This document shows positions 11,305-20,834 of a stretch of DNA of 64,000 nucleotides, piece by piece. The position numbers and the translations under genes are program-made. Each line of letters starts with the position of its first letter. Within the stretch, counting starts at the first letter, position 1. The DNA comes from Sulfurospirillaceae bacterium. GTDB lineage: Bacteria > Campylobacterota > Campylobacteria > Campylobacterales > Sulfurospirillaceae. The stretch spans positions 128,001 through 192,000 of the forward strand of contig JAWVXD010000001.1 in the NCBI GenBank assembly GCA_033723415.1, given 5' to 3'. Under the pieces are notes generated by a model, which was not told the DNA's origin, searched no databases, and worked only from the letters and a program-made list of their open reading frames with translations.

Positions 11305-11963
11305 AAACATACGCCGTTATAGGGCTTGGAAAGTTTGGATATCATATTGCCAAGGGACTGGCAGAGCAGGGGGCAGATGTGATCGCGATTGACAATGATG
11401 AACATAAGATACAAGAGATCAGTGAATATATAGAAGATGCTATTATATTAGACAGTACGGATATAAAAGCTTTGGAAGAAGCGGGTGTTGTTGGGCTAGA
11501 CACGGTAATCATAAGTATCGGTGAAAATATAGAAGCCAGTATACTAACCCTTATGGCTTTGAAAGAATTAAATAATAAAAATATAATAACAAAAGCCATA
11601 ACTCATACACATGGAGAGATACTTTCCCGCCTGGGTGCTTTTAAGGTGATCTATCCTGAGCGCGAATCTGCTAAAAAGCTTGTAGAAAATCTTGTCGGGG
11701 ATGTTATTATCGATCAGGTTGATTTTAGTAGTACGAACAAAATAGCAAAATTTTTGGTTACCAAAACTTTTATAGGCAAAACTGTTAAAGAAGTTGAGGT
11801 CATGTTCGAAAATGAAATCCATCTTATAGCTTGTAAAACCAGAGATATCTGGTCATTTGACATAGATAAAAGTTATAAGATAAGAGAACACGACACACTT
11901 GCCTTTATCGGTAAAAATGCCTTTATCGGAAAACTTAGAAATCTAACCAGGGAAGAAGAATAA
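11301..11963 (+). CDS. ktrA: Ktr/Trk K+ transporter RCK subunit
   Basis: VIGLGKFG Rossmann motif, IYPERE; overlaps ktrB stop. Confidence 0.92.
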   Translation: MKTYAVIGLGKFGYHIAKGLAEQGADVIAIDNDEHKIQEISEYIEDAIILDSTDIKALEEAGVVGLDTVIISIGENIEASILTLMALKELNNKNIITKAITHTHGEILSRLGAFKVIYPERESAKKLVENLVGDVIIDQVDFSSTNKIAKFLVTKTFIGKTVKEVEVMFENEIHLIACKTRDIWSFDIDKSYKIREHDTLAFIGKNAFIGKLRNLTREEE

Positions 11964-12054
11964 TTTTCATTTATATATATTTTCACTAAGCTATTTTTCT
12001 TTTGTTTAAACTACTTTTTGTATAATACTAGATATATCAAAATAAAGAGATTTT

Positions 12055-13101
12055 ATGAGTAGAATGACAAATAAAGAAGCTTTGGATTTAATTCAAAATT
12101 ATGATTTAAACGAACTAGGTCGCTTGGCGACACTTAGAAAAAAAGAGTTGCATCCTGATAAAGTCACTTCTTTTATAGTAGATCGAAATATAAATTATAC
12201 AAATGTTTGCTGGGTTGATTGTAAGTTTTGTGCATTTTATAGACATGCAAAAGAAGAAGATGCTTATGTGTTGAGTTTTGAAGAGATCGGCAAAAAAATA
12301 GAAGAACTCTTAGCGATAGGCGGTACGCAGATCCTCTTTCAAGGCGGCGTGCATCCAAAACTAAAAATCGAGTGGTATGAAGATTTGGTGGAGTGGATAA
12401 GTACGAATTATCCTACTATCACGATACATGGATTTTCGGCAATAGAGATAGATTATATTGCAAAAATTTCAAAAATCTCATATACTGAAGTACTTCAAAG
12501 ATTGAAAAATAAAGGACTTTTCTCTATTCCCGGTGCAGGTGCCGAGATACTAAGCGATAAAGTCAGAGACATCATCGCTCCAAAGAAACTCGATACTAAA
12601 GATTGGATCGACATACACAGACAAGCACACAAAGTAGGCATAAAATCCACGGCTACGATGATGTTCGGTACTGTAGAAAGTGATGAAGACATCATAGAAC
12701 ACTGGGAGCATATCAGAAATCTTCAAGATGAAACAGGCGGTTTTAGAGCCTTTATCATGTGGAGTTTTCAATCTGACAATACTAAACTCAAAGAAGAGAT
12801 CCCGACAATTCAGAAACAATCATCCAACAGATATCTGAGACTTCTGGCAGTGAGTAGATTGTATCTGGATAATTTCCCAAATATTCAAAGTTCATGGGTG
12901 ACTCAGGGGAGCTATGTAGGGCAATTGGCACTGATGTTTGGTGCAAATGACCTGGGTAGTACCATGATGGAAGAAAATGTAGTCGCAGCAGCCGGAGCGA
13001 AGAATAGAATGAATCAAGAAGAGATGATACGACTCATCCGAGATGTCGATGAAATCCCTGCTAAAAGAGATACGGCGTATAATATCCTAGAGAGGTTCTA
13101 A
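12055..13101 (+). CDS. mqnC: Cyclic dehypoxanthine futalosine synthase (radical SAM)
   Basis: NINYTNVCWVDCKFCAF, SIPGAGAEIL, NIQSSWVTQG, GANDLGSTMMEENVV; TATAAT at 12021-12026. Confidence 0.95.
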   Translation: MSRMTNKEALDLIQNYDLNELGRLATLRKKELHPDKVTSFIVDRNINYTNVCWVDCKFCAFYRHAKEEDAYVLSFEEIGKKIEELLAIGGTQILFQGGVHPKLKIEWYEDLVEWISTNYPTITIHGFSAIEIDYIAKISKISYTEVLQRLKNKGLFSIPGAGAEILSDKVRDIIAPKKLDTKDWIDIHRQAHKVGIKSTATMMFGTVESDEDIIEHWEHIRNLQDETGGFRAFIMWSFQSDNTKLKEEIPTIQKQSSNRYLRLLAVSRLYLDNFPNIQSSWVTQGSYVGQLALMFGANDLGSTMMEENVVAAAGAKNRMNQEEMIRLIRDVDEIPAKRDTAYNILERF

Positions 13102-13105
13102 TAAC

Positions 13106-14389
13106 GTGAAATATATATTAATTTTGTTTTTATTTTTGCAAGGAGTATTGATGAGTCAGAGTTTAGACAGCATAGAGGTAAAAGGTGTTAAAATACCAAT
13201 AATTTTTGAAAAAGACAACCATTTGCCTATAGTGTCAATGCAGATAGTTTTAAGATGTGCAGGAAGTATAGAAGATAATGGTCATAGCGGATTAGCCAAG
13301 TTTACTGCAAATATCTTAAATGAGGGTACAAAGAAGATGGGCTCGATAAAATTCTCAGAAGAGTTAGAGCAAAGAGCCATCAATTTAAGTGCAAATGCTG
13401 GAACAGAGACTTTTGTATTTGAAACTTCGTCTCTTAAAGAACAATTCCCTTACTCTATCACAATGTTAAAACAACTATTAGCTGATCCAAATTTTACAGA
13501 TGATAGTTTTTCCAAAGTCAAAAGTCAAACTTTGGGTATGCTTTCGTCTAAACAGAGTGATTTTGATTATCTTGCCGGTATAAATCTAAAAAAATTGATT
13601 TACAAAGATACACCGATGGCCGAACCGTTTTCAGGAACGGTAGAAAGTATAAACAAACTAAAACTCTCAGATGTGGAAAATTTTTATAATAGTCATCTGG
13701 ATTTGACAAATATGATAATAGTAGTAGGTGGAGATATAGGTATTAATGATTTTAAAAAAGAGATATTACCGCTTTTGCAAGAATTAAAAGTAGGTTCAAA
13801 AAGAGAGTTGAAATATTTTGATGCCAACGGAGATAAAAAGAAAGAGGTATTGAAAAAAGATACTGAGCAAGCATATATATACTTTGGAGCACCGTTTCAA
13901 ATGAGGAGTGGAGACAAAGATGACTACAAGGCTAAAGTAGCCAGTTTTATACTAGGTGAAAGTGGTTTTGGCAGTAGATTGATGGAAGCAGTTAGAGTTA
14001 AAAAAGGATTGGCATATTCTATATATTCAAGAAACAATATAAACAAATCTCACAGCTCATTTACAGGTTACTTGCAAACAAAAAATGAAAATTTAGAAGA
14101 AGCAACAAAGATAGTAAAAGAAGTTATAGATGAATTTGTAAAAAAAGGCGCTACAGCAGATGAGTTGGAGCAAGCAAAGAAATTTTTGTTAGGAAGCGAA
14201 CCACTAAGAAATGAGACGCTTTCACAAAGATCGTCTCGTGCCTTTTTCGAGTATTATCGAGGGTTTGAACTAGGACATTCAAAAAAAGTTTTGGAAAAGA
14301 TCGAACAATTGAAACTGAGTGATCTAAATGCATTTATTGAAAAACATAAAGAGATAACAAAGCTTAGTTTTTCTGTAGTTACGAACTAG
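13106..14389 (+). CDS. M16 family peptidase-like protein (non-catalytic type)
   Basis: GLAKFTANILNEGT in place of HxxEH; GFGSRLMEAVRVKKGLAYS. Confidence 0.88.
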   Translation: MKYILILFLFLQGVLMSQSLDSIEVKGVKIPIIFEKDNHLPIVSMQIVLRCAGSIEDNGHSGLAKFTANILNEGTKKMGSIKFSEELEQRAINLSANAGTETFVFETSSLKEQFPYSITMLKQLLADPNFTDDSFSKVKSQTLGMLSSKQSDFDYLAGINLKKLIYKDTPMAEPFSGTVESINKLKLSDVENFYNSHLDLTNMIIVVGGDIGINDFKKEILPLLQELKVGSKRELKYFDANGDKKKEVLKKDTEQAYIYFGAPFQMRSGDKDDYKAKVASFILGESGFGSRLMEAVRVKKGLAYSIYSRNNINKSHSSFTGYLQTKNENLEEATKIVKEVIDEFVKKGATADELEQAKKFLLGSEPLRNETLSQRSSRAFFEYYRGFELGHSKKVLEKIEQLKLSDLNAFIEKHKEITKLSFSVVTN

Positions 14390-14487
14390 ATCTTTTTTCA
14401 TGGCTCTAGCAGCTATAAACATCTCTTGTATCTAAACACTTTATTATTTGTGCAAAATGATACATGGTGCATAAGGGCAGTTATAAA

Positions 14488-16302
14488 GTGAATATAGAAG
14501 AAGATAAAGAAAAATTCAACAAATTAGGGATAAATAGCCTTTTAGAATTGGCTCTTCTTATCCCTAAATCCTATGACAATAGCTTTATAAACAAAACTCC
14601 GATACTAAATCAACAAAATTGTATAGAAGTAGAAGTTTTAAGATCAGTTAAGACACAAAAGTCTCTAAGTATTGATTTTTTTTGTAAAACTTGGAATGAA
14701 AAGATCAAAGGCGTAGTATTTCGACCAAGTTACTATCATGTTAAACTTTTTAAGCCTGGAGATACTTTGTATGTTAGAGGTAAGATCATATGGAATATGG
14801 GCAAACTTCAAATTCATCAACCTCAAGTTTTAAAAGATATTGATAAAGTCGTACCTAAGTATAAAACTGCGCTACAGAATGCTGTTATGAAAAGTTTAAT
14901 TCAAAAATATATAACAAAAGAATCTCTTATTGCAAACGGATTAGATGAAAAAAGTGCATACAATATATGGTTATTGCATAATCCAAATCTACATTTTTTG
15001 TCTGATTTTGAGAAAAACGGATATACTAATGAGATCCTTGAAGCGTTAAAATTTACAGAAATATACTCATATTTGAAATCACTCAGCGGTAAAAGCATCA
15101 AATACAAGGCAAAAAGTACTTTGGATTCTAGCGAGCTTGATTTTATCAAATCACTTCCATTCTCTTTAACCAATGACCAAATAAAATGTATTGATGAAAT
15201 AAAAAGAGATTTTTTAAGCGATGTAGCAGCTAAACGACTTATTATGGGTGATGTCGGATGCGGTAAAACTATAGTGATGCTAAGTGCAGTCATGATGGCT
15301 TATCCCAAAAGAACCGTTTTGATGGTTCCTACGACTGTTCTGGCAAATCAAATATATGATGAAGCTGTTAAATTCTTGCCAAGTCATGTAAATGTAGCAA
15401 AAGTTGTACAAAACAGTGACAAAGAAGATGATTTAAGTGATTATGATTTTTTGATAGGTACTCATGCACTTCTTTTCAAAGACTTACCTGAGACTCACTT
15501 GATCATGGTAGATGAACAACATCGCTTCGGCACTAATCAAAGAGCAAAGATATCAAACCTTGTGAAAGATGGCACTAAAAGAGCTCATTTTTTACAGTTT
15601 TCCGCAACTCCAATCCCTAGAACTCTCAGTATGATGCATTCTTCATTAGTCGATTTCTCATATATAAAAGAATTACCGTTTAAAAAAGACATAGATACTG
15701 AAATAATAAGAAAAAAAGAATTTCCTAAATTGATAGAACATCTGAAAAGAGAGATTAAAAAAGATCATCAAGCTATCATTGTTTATCCTTTGGTAGAAGA
15801 GAGTGAGGTTATTGATTATCAGTCAATAGAAGAAGGAAGAGGGTATTGGGAAAAAAATTTTGATAAAGTTTTTGTTACTTTTGGTAAAGATAAGTCAAAA
15901 GAAGAGATATTGGAAAATTTTAGAAATGAAGGTAGTATCTTGGTTTCTACAACAGTCATAGAAGTAGGCATATCTCTTCCAAGGCTTACCACGATCATCA
16001 TAGTCGCACCTGAAAGACTTGGATTGGCAAGTTTACATCAACTAAGAGGAAGAGTCAGCAGAAACGGGCTTAAAGGGTATTGTTATTTGTATACAAATCT
16101 TGCAAATAGTGATAGATTGGAAAAATTTTCAAAGACAACAGATGGTTTTGAGATAGCTGAGCTTGATTTAGAATATAGAGCTGGCGGTGATATGTTAAAA
16201 GGTGTTTTTCAAAGCGGCAAAAGTTTTGTTTGGTTCGATATGGCAAAAGATGAAAAAATCTTAAAAAAAGCTAAAGTATCGTTTGAGTATAATTGTGGCT
16301 AA
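14488..16302 (+). CDS. recG: ATP-dependent DNA helicase RecG
   Basis: GDVGCGKT, DEQHRFG, SATPIPRTL, TTVIEVG, LHQLRGRV; start 14464 or 14488. Confidence 0.95.
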   Translation: MNIEEDKEKFNKLGINSLLELALLIPKSYDNSFINKTPILNQQNCIEVEVLRSVKTQKSLSIDFFCKTWNEKIKGVVFRPSYYHVKLFKPGDTLYVRGKIIWNMGKLQIHQPQVLKDIDKVVPKYKTALQNAVMKSLIQKYITKESLIANGLDEKSAYNIWLLHNPNLHFLSDFEKNGYTNEILEALKFTEIYSYLKSLSGKSIKYKAKSTLDSSELDFIKSLPFSLTNDQIKCIDEIKRDFLSDVAAKRLIMGDVGCGKTIVMLSAVMMAYPKRTVLMVPTTVLANQIYDEAVKFLPSHVNVAKVVQNSDKEDDLSDYDFLIGTHALLFKDLPETHLIMVDEQHRFGTNQRAKISNLVKDGTKRAHFLQFSATPIPRTLSMMHSSLVDFSYIKELPFKKDIDTEIIRKKEFPKLIEHLKREIKKDHQAIIVYPLVEESEVIDYQSIEEGRGYWEKNFDKVFVTFGKDKSKEEILENFRNEGSILVSTTVIEVGISLPRLTTIIIVAPERLGLASLHQLRGRVSRNGLKGYCYLYTNLANSDRLEKFSKTTDGFEIAELDLEYRAGGDMLKGVFQSGKSFVWFDMAKDEKILKKAKVSFEYNCG

Positions 16303-16325
16303 TTTGTCAAAAATTGGAGAGTTTT

Positions 16326-16835
16326 ATGCGAAGACCCGAGCCAAATTCCAACAGATATGATCTTCAGCCGAACGATTTTATAGTTTCCAAGACGGATTTA
16401 AAAGGCAATATTACATATTGCAATCAAATCTTCATTCAAATATCTAAATATAGTGAGACTGAGCTTATAGGTGCTCCTCATAATCTCATTCGACACCCTG
16501 ATATGCCTCGTGTCGTATTTAAACTTTTATGGGATAGAATTAAAAATAAACAAGAGATTTTCGCATTTGTCAAAAATTTATCAAAAGACGGTGGGTATTA
16601 TTGGGTATTTGCAAATGTTACTGCATCGCTAGATTCTAGCGGCAATGTTATAGGTTATTATTCTGTACGTAGAAAACCAAGTGAAGAAGGTATAAAAGTT
16701 TTATCAGAATTGTATGCCAAGCTTATTGAATTAGAAAAAAGCGGTGGAATGGACGCTTCAGAAAAATATTTATTTGATTTACTAGATGAAAAAGGTGTAG
16801 GCTATGACGAGCTCATAGTCTCTCTTCAGGGGTAG
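16326..16835 (+). CDS. Stand-alone PAS sensor (Aer/CetB-like, probably FAD-binding)
   Basis: [65 protein letters not shown] before ATG at 16326. Confidence 0.9.
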   Translation: MRRPEPNSNRYDLQPNDFIVSKTDLKGNITYCNQIFIQISKYSETELIGAPHNLIRHPDMPRVVFKLLWDRIKNKQEIFAFVKNLSKDGGYYWVFANVTASLDSSGNVIGYYSVRRKPSEEGIKVLSELYAKLIELEKSGGMDASEKYLFDLLDEKGVGYDELIVSLQG

Positions 16836-16840
16836 CAGAG

Positions 16841-18130
16841 ATGTTTAATTCAAAAAAAGAGACAAAAAGTTATTTATTGGAAAAGATAAATAAGGTTGTA
16901 ATAAATGCTGCAGAAGGGCATTTTGAAGATAGAATCATAAATATTGATCTAAATGATCCATTGGCAGAAACTGCCTGGAGTATTAACAATCTTCTTGATC
17001 AGCTTGAAGCTTACATGCGAGATGCAAATACTGCTGTCGATCTTGCAAGTCAAGGTTATGGATATAGGAAGATGTATCCATCAGGTCTAAAAGGTCTTTT
17101 TGGTGCTTCAAGTAAAAATATTTCAAAAGGTGTCGAGGGTATTTTGATTGCAGGCAAGGAAAGAGTAAGAGCAAACTTAAGCTTGGAATTTGGTAATCTA
17201 AATGGTGGAATGGCTGCTTCTTTGAGAATTTTACAATCAGATATGTCAGAAGTCATACAAGTAGTCTCAAAGATAAGACAACTTTCTGAAGATACGGCAG
17301 TAAAATCAAATGACAGTCTAATTATCACAAATGAAGTATCAGAAAAACTAAATATTTTGATTGATTTAATAGTTGACATATCGGAAGCTATAAGCTCTCT
17401 AGGTGTAAGATCAGAAGAAATTTCATCTGTTGTAAGTTTGATCAAAGACATAGCAGATCAAACAAATCTGTTGGCATTAAATGCTGCAATAGAAGCAGCA
17501 CGTGCAGGAGAACACGGTAGAGGTTTTGCAGTAGTGGCAGATGAAGTGCGAAAGCTTGCCGAGCGAACAGCTAAAGCGACTTCTGAAATATCTATAACTA
17601 TACAAACACTACAGCAAGAAACCCAAAACATACAAAGCAATGCCAAAGAGATAAATGATATAGCTATCAATTCCGGTCAGGCTATCAGCGGTTTTAAAGA
17701 GACGCTATATAGATTTAACGAAGATGCAAATGAAACATCAAAGGCTTCAAAATATACTGAAGATAAAAGTTCTTCAACCTCGGTAAAGATCGATCATATA
17801 ATTTATAAAACAAAAACATATGCTTCAATATTAAAAGAAAAAATAGATGATGAAATTAGTGATGATGAAGAACATTGCAGATTTGGACAGTGGTATCAAG
17901 GAGCCGGAAAAGAATTGTTTGGCTACACCGAAGCTTATAAATCAGTAAATGATCCACACCACAAAATACATGACAATGTCAAATTGAATATAGATGAACT
18001 GCGTAAAAACGGCTTAACAAATAAAAATGCAAGTTTTTTCTTGAAAAATTTTACAAATATGGAAGAAGCTAGCAAGAAAGTATTTAAATGTCTAGATGAC
18101 ATGGTGCAAGAGAAGTTTAGGAGAGCATAA
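16841..18130 (+). CDS. Soluble methyl-accepting chemotaxis protein with HAMP-like region and C-terminal CZB domain
   Basis: [59 protein letters not shown]; no TM segment. Confidence 0.92.
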   Translation: MFNSKKETKSYLLEKINKVVINAAEGHFEDRIINIDLNDPLAETAWSINNLLDQLEAYMRDANTAVDLASQGYGYRKMYPSGLKGLFGASSKNISKGVEGILIAGKERVRANLSLEFGNLNGGMAASLRILQSDMSEVIQVVSKIRQLSEDTAVKSNDSLIITNEVSEKLNILIDLIVDISEAISSLGVRSEEISSVVSLIKDIADQTNLLALNAAIEAARAGEHGRGFAVVADEVRKLAERTAKATSEISITIQTLQQETQNIQSNAKEINDIAINSGQAISGFKETLYRFNEDANETSKASKYTEDKSSSTSVKIDHIIYKTKTYASILKEKIDDEISDDEEHCRFGQWYQGAGKELFGYTEAYKSVNDPHHKIHDNVKLNIDELRKNGLTNKNASFFLKNFTNMEEASKKVFKCLDDMVQEKFRRA

Positions 18131-18140
18131 AAGCTCTCCT
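18119..18140. terminator. Hairpin between convergent MCP and hpf
   Basis: AGGAGAGC-ATAAAA-GCTCTCCT. Confidence 0.55.
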
Positions 18141-18146
18141 CATTTG

Positions 18147-18662
18147 TTAATAAAGGCCAAATTTAGCATCAGATCTTTTGTATAGAACTCTAACCTTTTC
18201 TTCTTTATCATGAAAGATCATAAATTGCTGACCATTTTCTTTAAGCTCCATAAGCGCATCATCTACGTCAAGCGGCTTATAGCTTTCCAATCTCATAGGC
18301 ACAATCTCATCTTCAGCATACTCAAGTTCGTCAGTTGACATATCAGGAGATTCTTTTTGTTTAAAGCTTGTTACCTTGTCATGATGTCTTCTCAAAACTT
18401 TTTGAGCACGCTCTATCGCTAAATCTATAGCAGCATAAACGTCTTTGTCTTTTTGCTTGATTACTACAGTGTTCATATGAGCCAGATTTATAGCGAATTC
18501 TACGCTAAAGCCTTTTTTACCGTTTTTTTCATCAGCTGATAGTATACATTTTGTGGAAATGATGTCTAAATTATACTTCTTCAATGTGTCTACGGCACTT
18601 TGAATGTGCTCCTTGATTGGCTCTGTAAGTTCTAATTGTTTTCCTACTATACTTAAATTCAT
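18147..18662 (-). CDS. hpf: Ribosome hibernation promoting factor (long HPF/RaiA)
   Basis: MNLSIVGKQLELT, DVYAAIDLA, C-terminal KPLDVDDALMEL..F..F..VLYKRSDAKFGL. Confidence 0.93.
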   Translation of the reverse strand: MNLSIVGKQLELTEPIKEHIQSAVDTLKKYNLDIISTKCILSADEKNGKKGFSVEFAINLAHMNTVVIKQKDKDVYAAIDLAIERAQKVLRRHHDKVTSFKQKESPDMSTDELEYAEDEIVPMRLESYKPLDVDDALMELKENGQQFMIFHDKEEKVRVLYKRSDAKFGLY

Positions 18663-18728
18663 AACTTCTCCTTAATACCCTAAGAATAGGGCTTTTTTGA
18701 GTAAAACTTACCCACCAAAATTATAACA

Positions 18729-18750
18729 AAACTCAGCTTAAGCTGAGTTT
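18729..18750. terminator. Perfect 22-bp palindrome: terminator of the pilin operon and/or operator at the hpf promoter
   Basis: AAACTCAGCTTAAGCTGAGTTT next to minus-strand TATAAT at 18720-18725. Confidence 0.5.
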
Positions 18751-18793
18751 CTGTGAGAAGGAAGCTTTAGTATGCATGGCAGGGAAATGCAAA

Positions 18794-19234
18794 TTATGGT
18801 TTTTGTATAGTTCTTCTGTGAATTCTTATTTGTTCGGTTGAAATTGTAGGGTTTGTTGTAACTGTAGTATCTATAATAACGGTTCTATTAGAATCTGGAG
18901 TAGATATAGTATTGTTCAATATATCATTGCAGCTGATCGGAAGACCATTGCCTATGTACATTATAGACATATTTATGTCATGTGTATAGTTTACCGTGCT
19001 AGGATATTTTATATCTATTGAATTTAGACAACCGGAAGTATTAAAATCATGCCCGCTAAGTGCTAGTAATGCAAACTCTGTACCACTTTTTGCTAGCAAT
19101 TCGGCTTCAATTTTCAAGTAGTCATCAGTAGTTTGTTTTGCAGATTGAGTCGAAAGAGAAAGTGCTAATGTAGCTAATGTTGCAACAACAAATAAAAATA
19201 TAATTGCAGTTATAAGAGAAAATCCTTTACGCAT
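18794..19234 (-). CDS. Minor pilin/pseudopilin, MshP/PilX-like (no Glu+5)
   Basis: MRKG|FSLITAIIFLFVVATLA class III signal; AELLAKSGTEFA; 1-nt overlap with upstream gene. Confidence 0.75.
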   Translation of the reverse strand: MRKGFSLITAIIFLFVVATLATLALSLSTQSAKQTTDDYLKIEAELLAKSGTEFALLALSGHDFNTSGCLNSIDIKYPSTVNYTHDINMSIMYIGNGLPISCNDILNNTISTPDSNRTVIIDTTVTTNPTISTEQIRIHRRTIQKP

Positions 19235-20169
19235 TAGTAAACCACCTTCTCTTTACAAAAGGCAAAGTTATCGCTTCCACTTCTAAAGGCATCATTTATA
19301 CACAATTTTAAACGAATTGTATCTCCGATCTTTGTAAATTTAAATGTACTTACATGTTCAGCTAAAAGAGAAACAGATGTATTTACATCATTATAACTTT
19401 CATTTTCCCAAGGCTGATAATTGTAATGAAGAGTCAGATTGAAGTCATTTGTATTAGTTCCTTCAGGAACGATTGAGTATGCGCTCCAAGCTAAATGATA
19501 CTGTTCAAAGATTTCATTTAGACCTTTTGCAGAAACATTTTCATCGAAATTTAACACATCATTTACACCTGGAGTATAAGAAACTTTAAATGTATAATTT
19601 CCATCAACTCCGCTCCATCCGTATTGTGTAACATCAAAATTTGATAGTCCGCTGAATATGATAGCAGGTCTGTTTGGAGTTGTTCCATCTAAACTTACTC
19701 TATTGTCTGATAACGCTTTTATGATAGAGTTTGTTGTATTTAGCTCACTACCTGATGTTTTTATCTTCCCGTAAGTACCCAAGTTTTTATCGGTCATATT
19801 ACTGTCTAAATCGATAAATCCACTCCACCCCGGATTTTTGAGTGCCTTAAAGCTATCATTATCGTATCCGATCCACTCTAATATTTGGTATGAATCATTT
19901 GCATCTGTCAAAGGCACGTAATGTGGGGCAGGTGTAGAAGTTCCGTTAGCATCTCTTGCTATTACACTATCTTTGATCCTATATTGTAATCTTTGTGATA
20001 TTTCGTTTAAAACCAAATCAGTTTGCGTTTGAAGCCTGTTTATGGCTCTAGTCTTTATATAATTTTCATACAGTTTTGATATAATCTCTGCTCCAATACT
20101 AGCTACAATCCCTAAAATTACTATAACCATGATGAGTTCGATCATAGTAAATGCAGACTTTTTATGCAT
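19234..20169 (-). CDS. Prepilin-type protein, MshO-like
   Basis: KKSA|FTMIELIMVIVILGIVA N-methylation motif; 1-nt overlap with upstream stop. Confidence 0.8.
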   Translation of the reverse strand: MHKKSAFTMIELIMVIVILGIVASIGAEIISKLYENYIKTRAINRLQTQTDLVLNEISQRLQYRIKDSVIARDANGTSTPAPHYVPLTDANDSYQILEWIGYDNDSFKALKNPGWSGFIDLDSNMTDKNLGTYGKIKTSGSELNTTNSIIKALSDNRVSLDGTTPNRPAIIFSGLSNFDVTQYGWSGVDGNYTFKVSYTPGVNDVLNFDENVSAKGLNEIFEQYHLAWSAYSIVPEGTNTNDFNLTLHYNYQPWENESYNDVNTSVSLLAEHVSTFKFTKIGDTIRLKLCINDAFRSGSDNFAFCKEKVVY

Positions 20170-20834
20170 CAATAAGCCTTTCTCAAAAGTTCACTTTCTC
20201 CAATATTGCAAGAGTAAGTTCTAAGAGTAAACGGTGAAATATCAGAGCCGGTGATACTTAAAGTCAACATTTTTATATTTGTTGATCCTGTAGTAACAGG
20301 AGTTGTTCCAAAAACAAAGTTGATATTGCTTGCACTATAATTGGCACTGTCGCTTACATATACTACGCTTGTTGTCATGTTGAAATCTTTAACATGATAA
20401 TCTAGATTTGTAGTTTGTGTACTTAACGTCAAATTGGTAGGTGTAGCACTATTGAAATCATCTATATCATTCAAAGCTCCTGTGTCAGGTCCTAAGTTTG
20501 CCGGAGTAGTGGCTTGGTTAAGGGCCGAAAAAAACTTTCTCCTTTTATCACCCTTGACATGTCCAATTCTTCTTACTCCATCGCTGCTTACATTGAGCTC
20601 ATTGTCGCCATTTGTAACTAAAACTTTTATAGTTCCGTTTTGCAATGAATTTTGATCCCATCTGTATGTAAGTGTGTCTCCTATCTTTGTTCTTGCAGCA
20701 AGGATTATTTCTTGTTGCATAGAATATTGATTGTTGTTTTGTGTCTGAGAAAGTAGTAAAGGCAGAGTCATAACTGCAATTCCCATGATAACAATAGCTA
20801 CGATTAGCTCTAGCATTGAAGCAGCATGTCTCAT
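20169..20834 (-). CDS. Prepilin-type protein, MshD-like
   Basis: MRHA|ASMLELIVAIVIMGIA; WDQNS and LNDIDDFN segments resemble MshD; 1-nt overlap with upstream stop. Confidence 0.75.
   Translation of the reverse strand: MRHAASMLELIVAIVIMGIAVMTLPLLLSQTQNNNQYSMQQEIILAARTKIGDTLTYRWDQNSLQNGTIKVLVTNGDNELNVSSDGVRRIGHVKGDKRRKFFSALNQATTPANLGPDTGALNDIDDFNSATPTNLTLSTQTTNLDYHVKDFNMTTSVVYVSDSANYSASNINFVFGTTPVTTGSTNIKMLTLSITGSDISPFTLRTYSCNIGESELLRKAY

Noticed and set aside
18663..18793. raiA-motif RNA upstream of hpf
   Set aside because: Too short, only two small hairpins; does not resemble the large raiA motif
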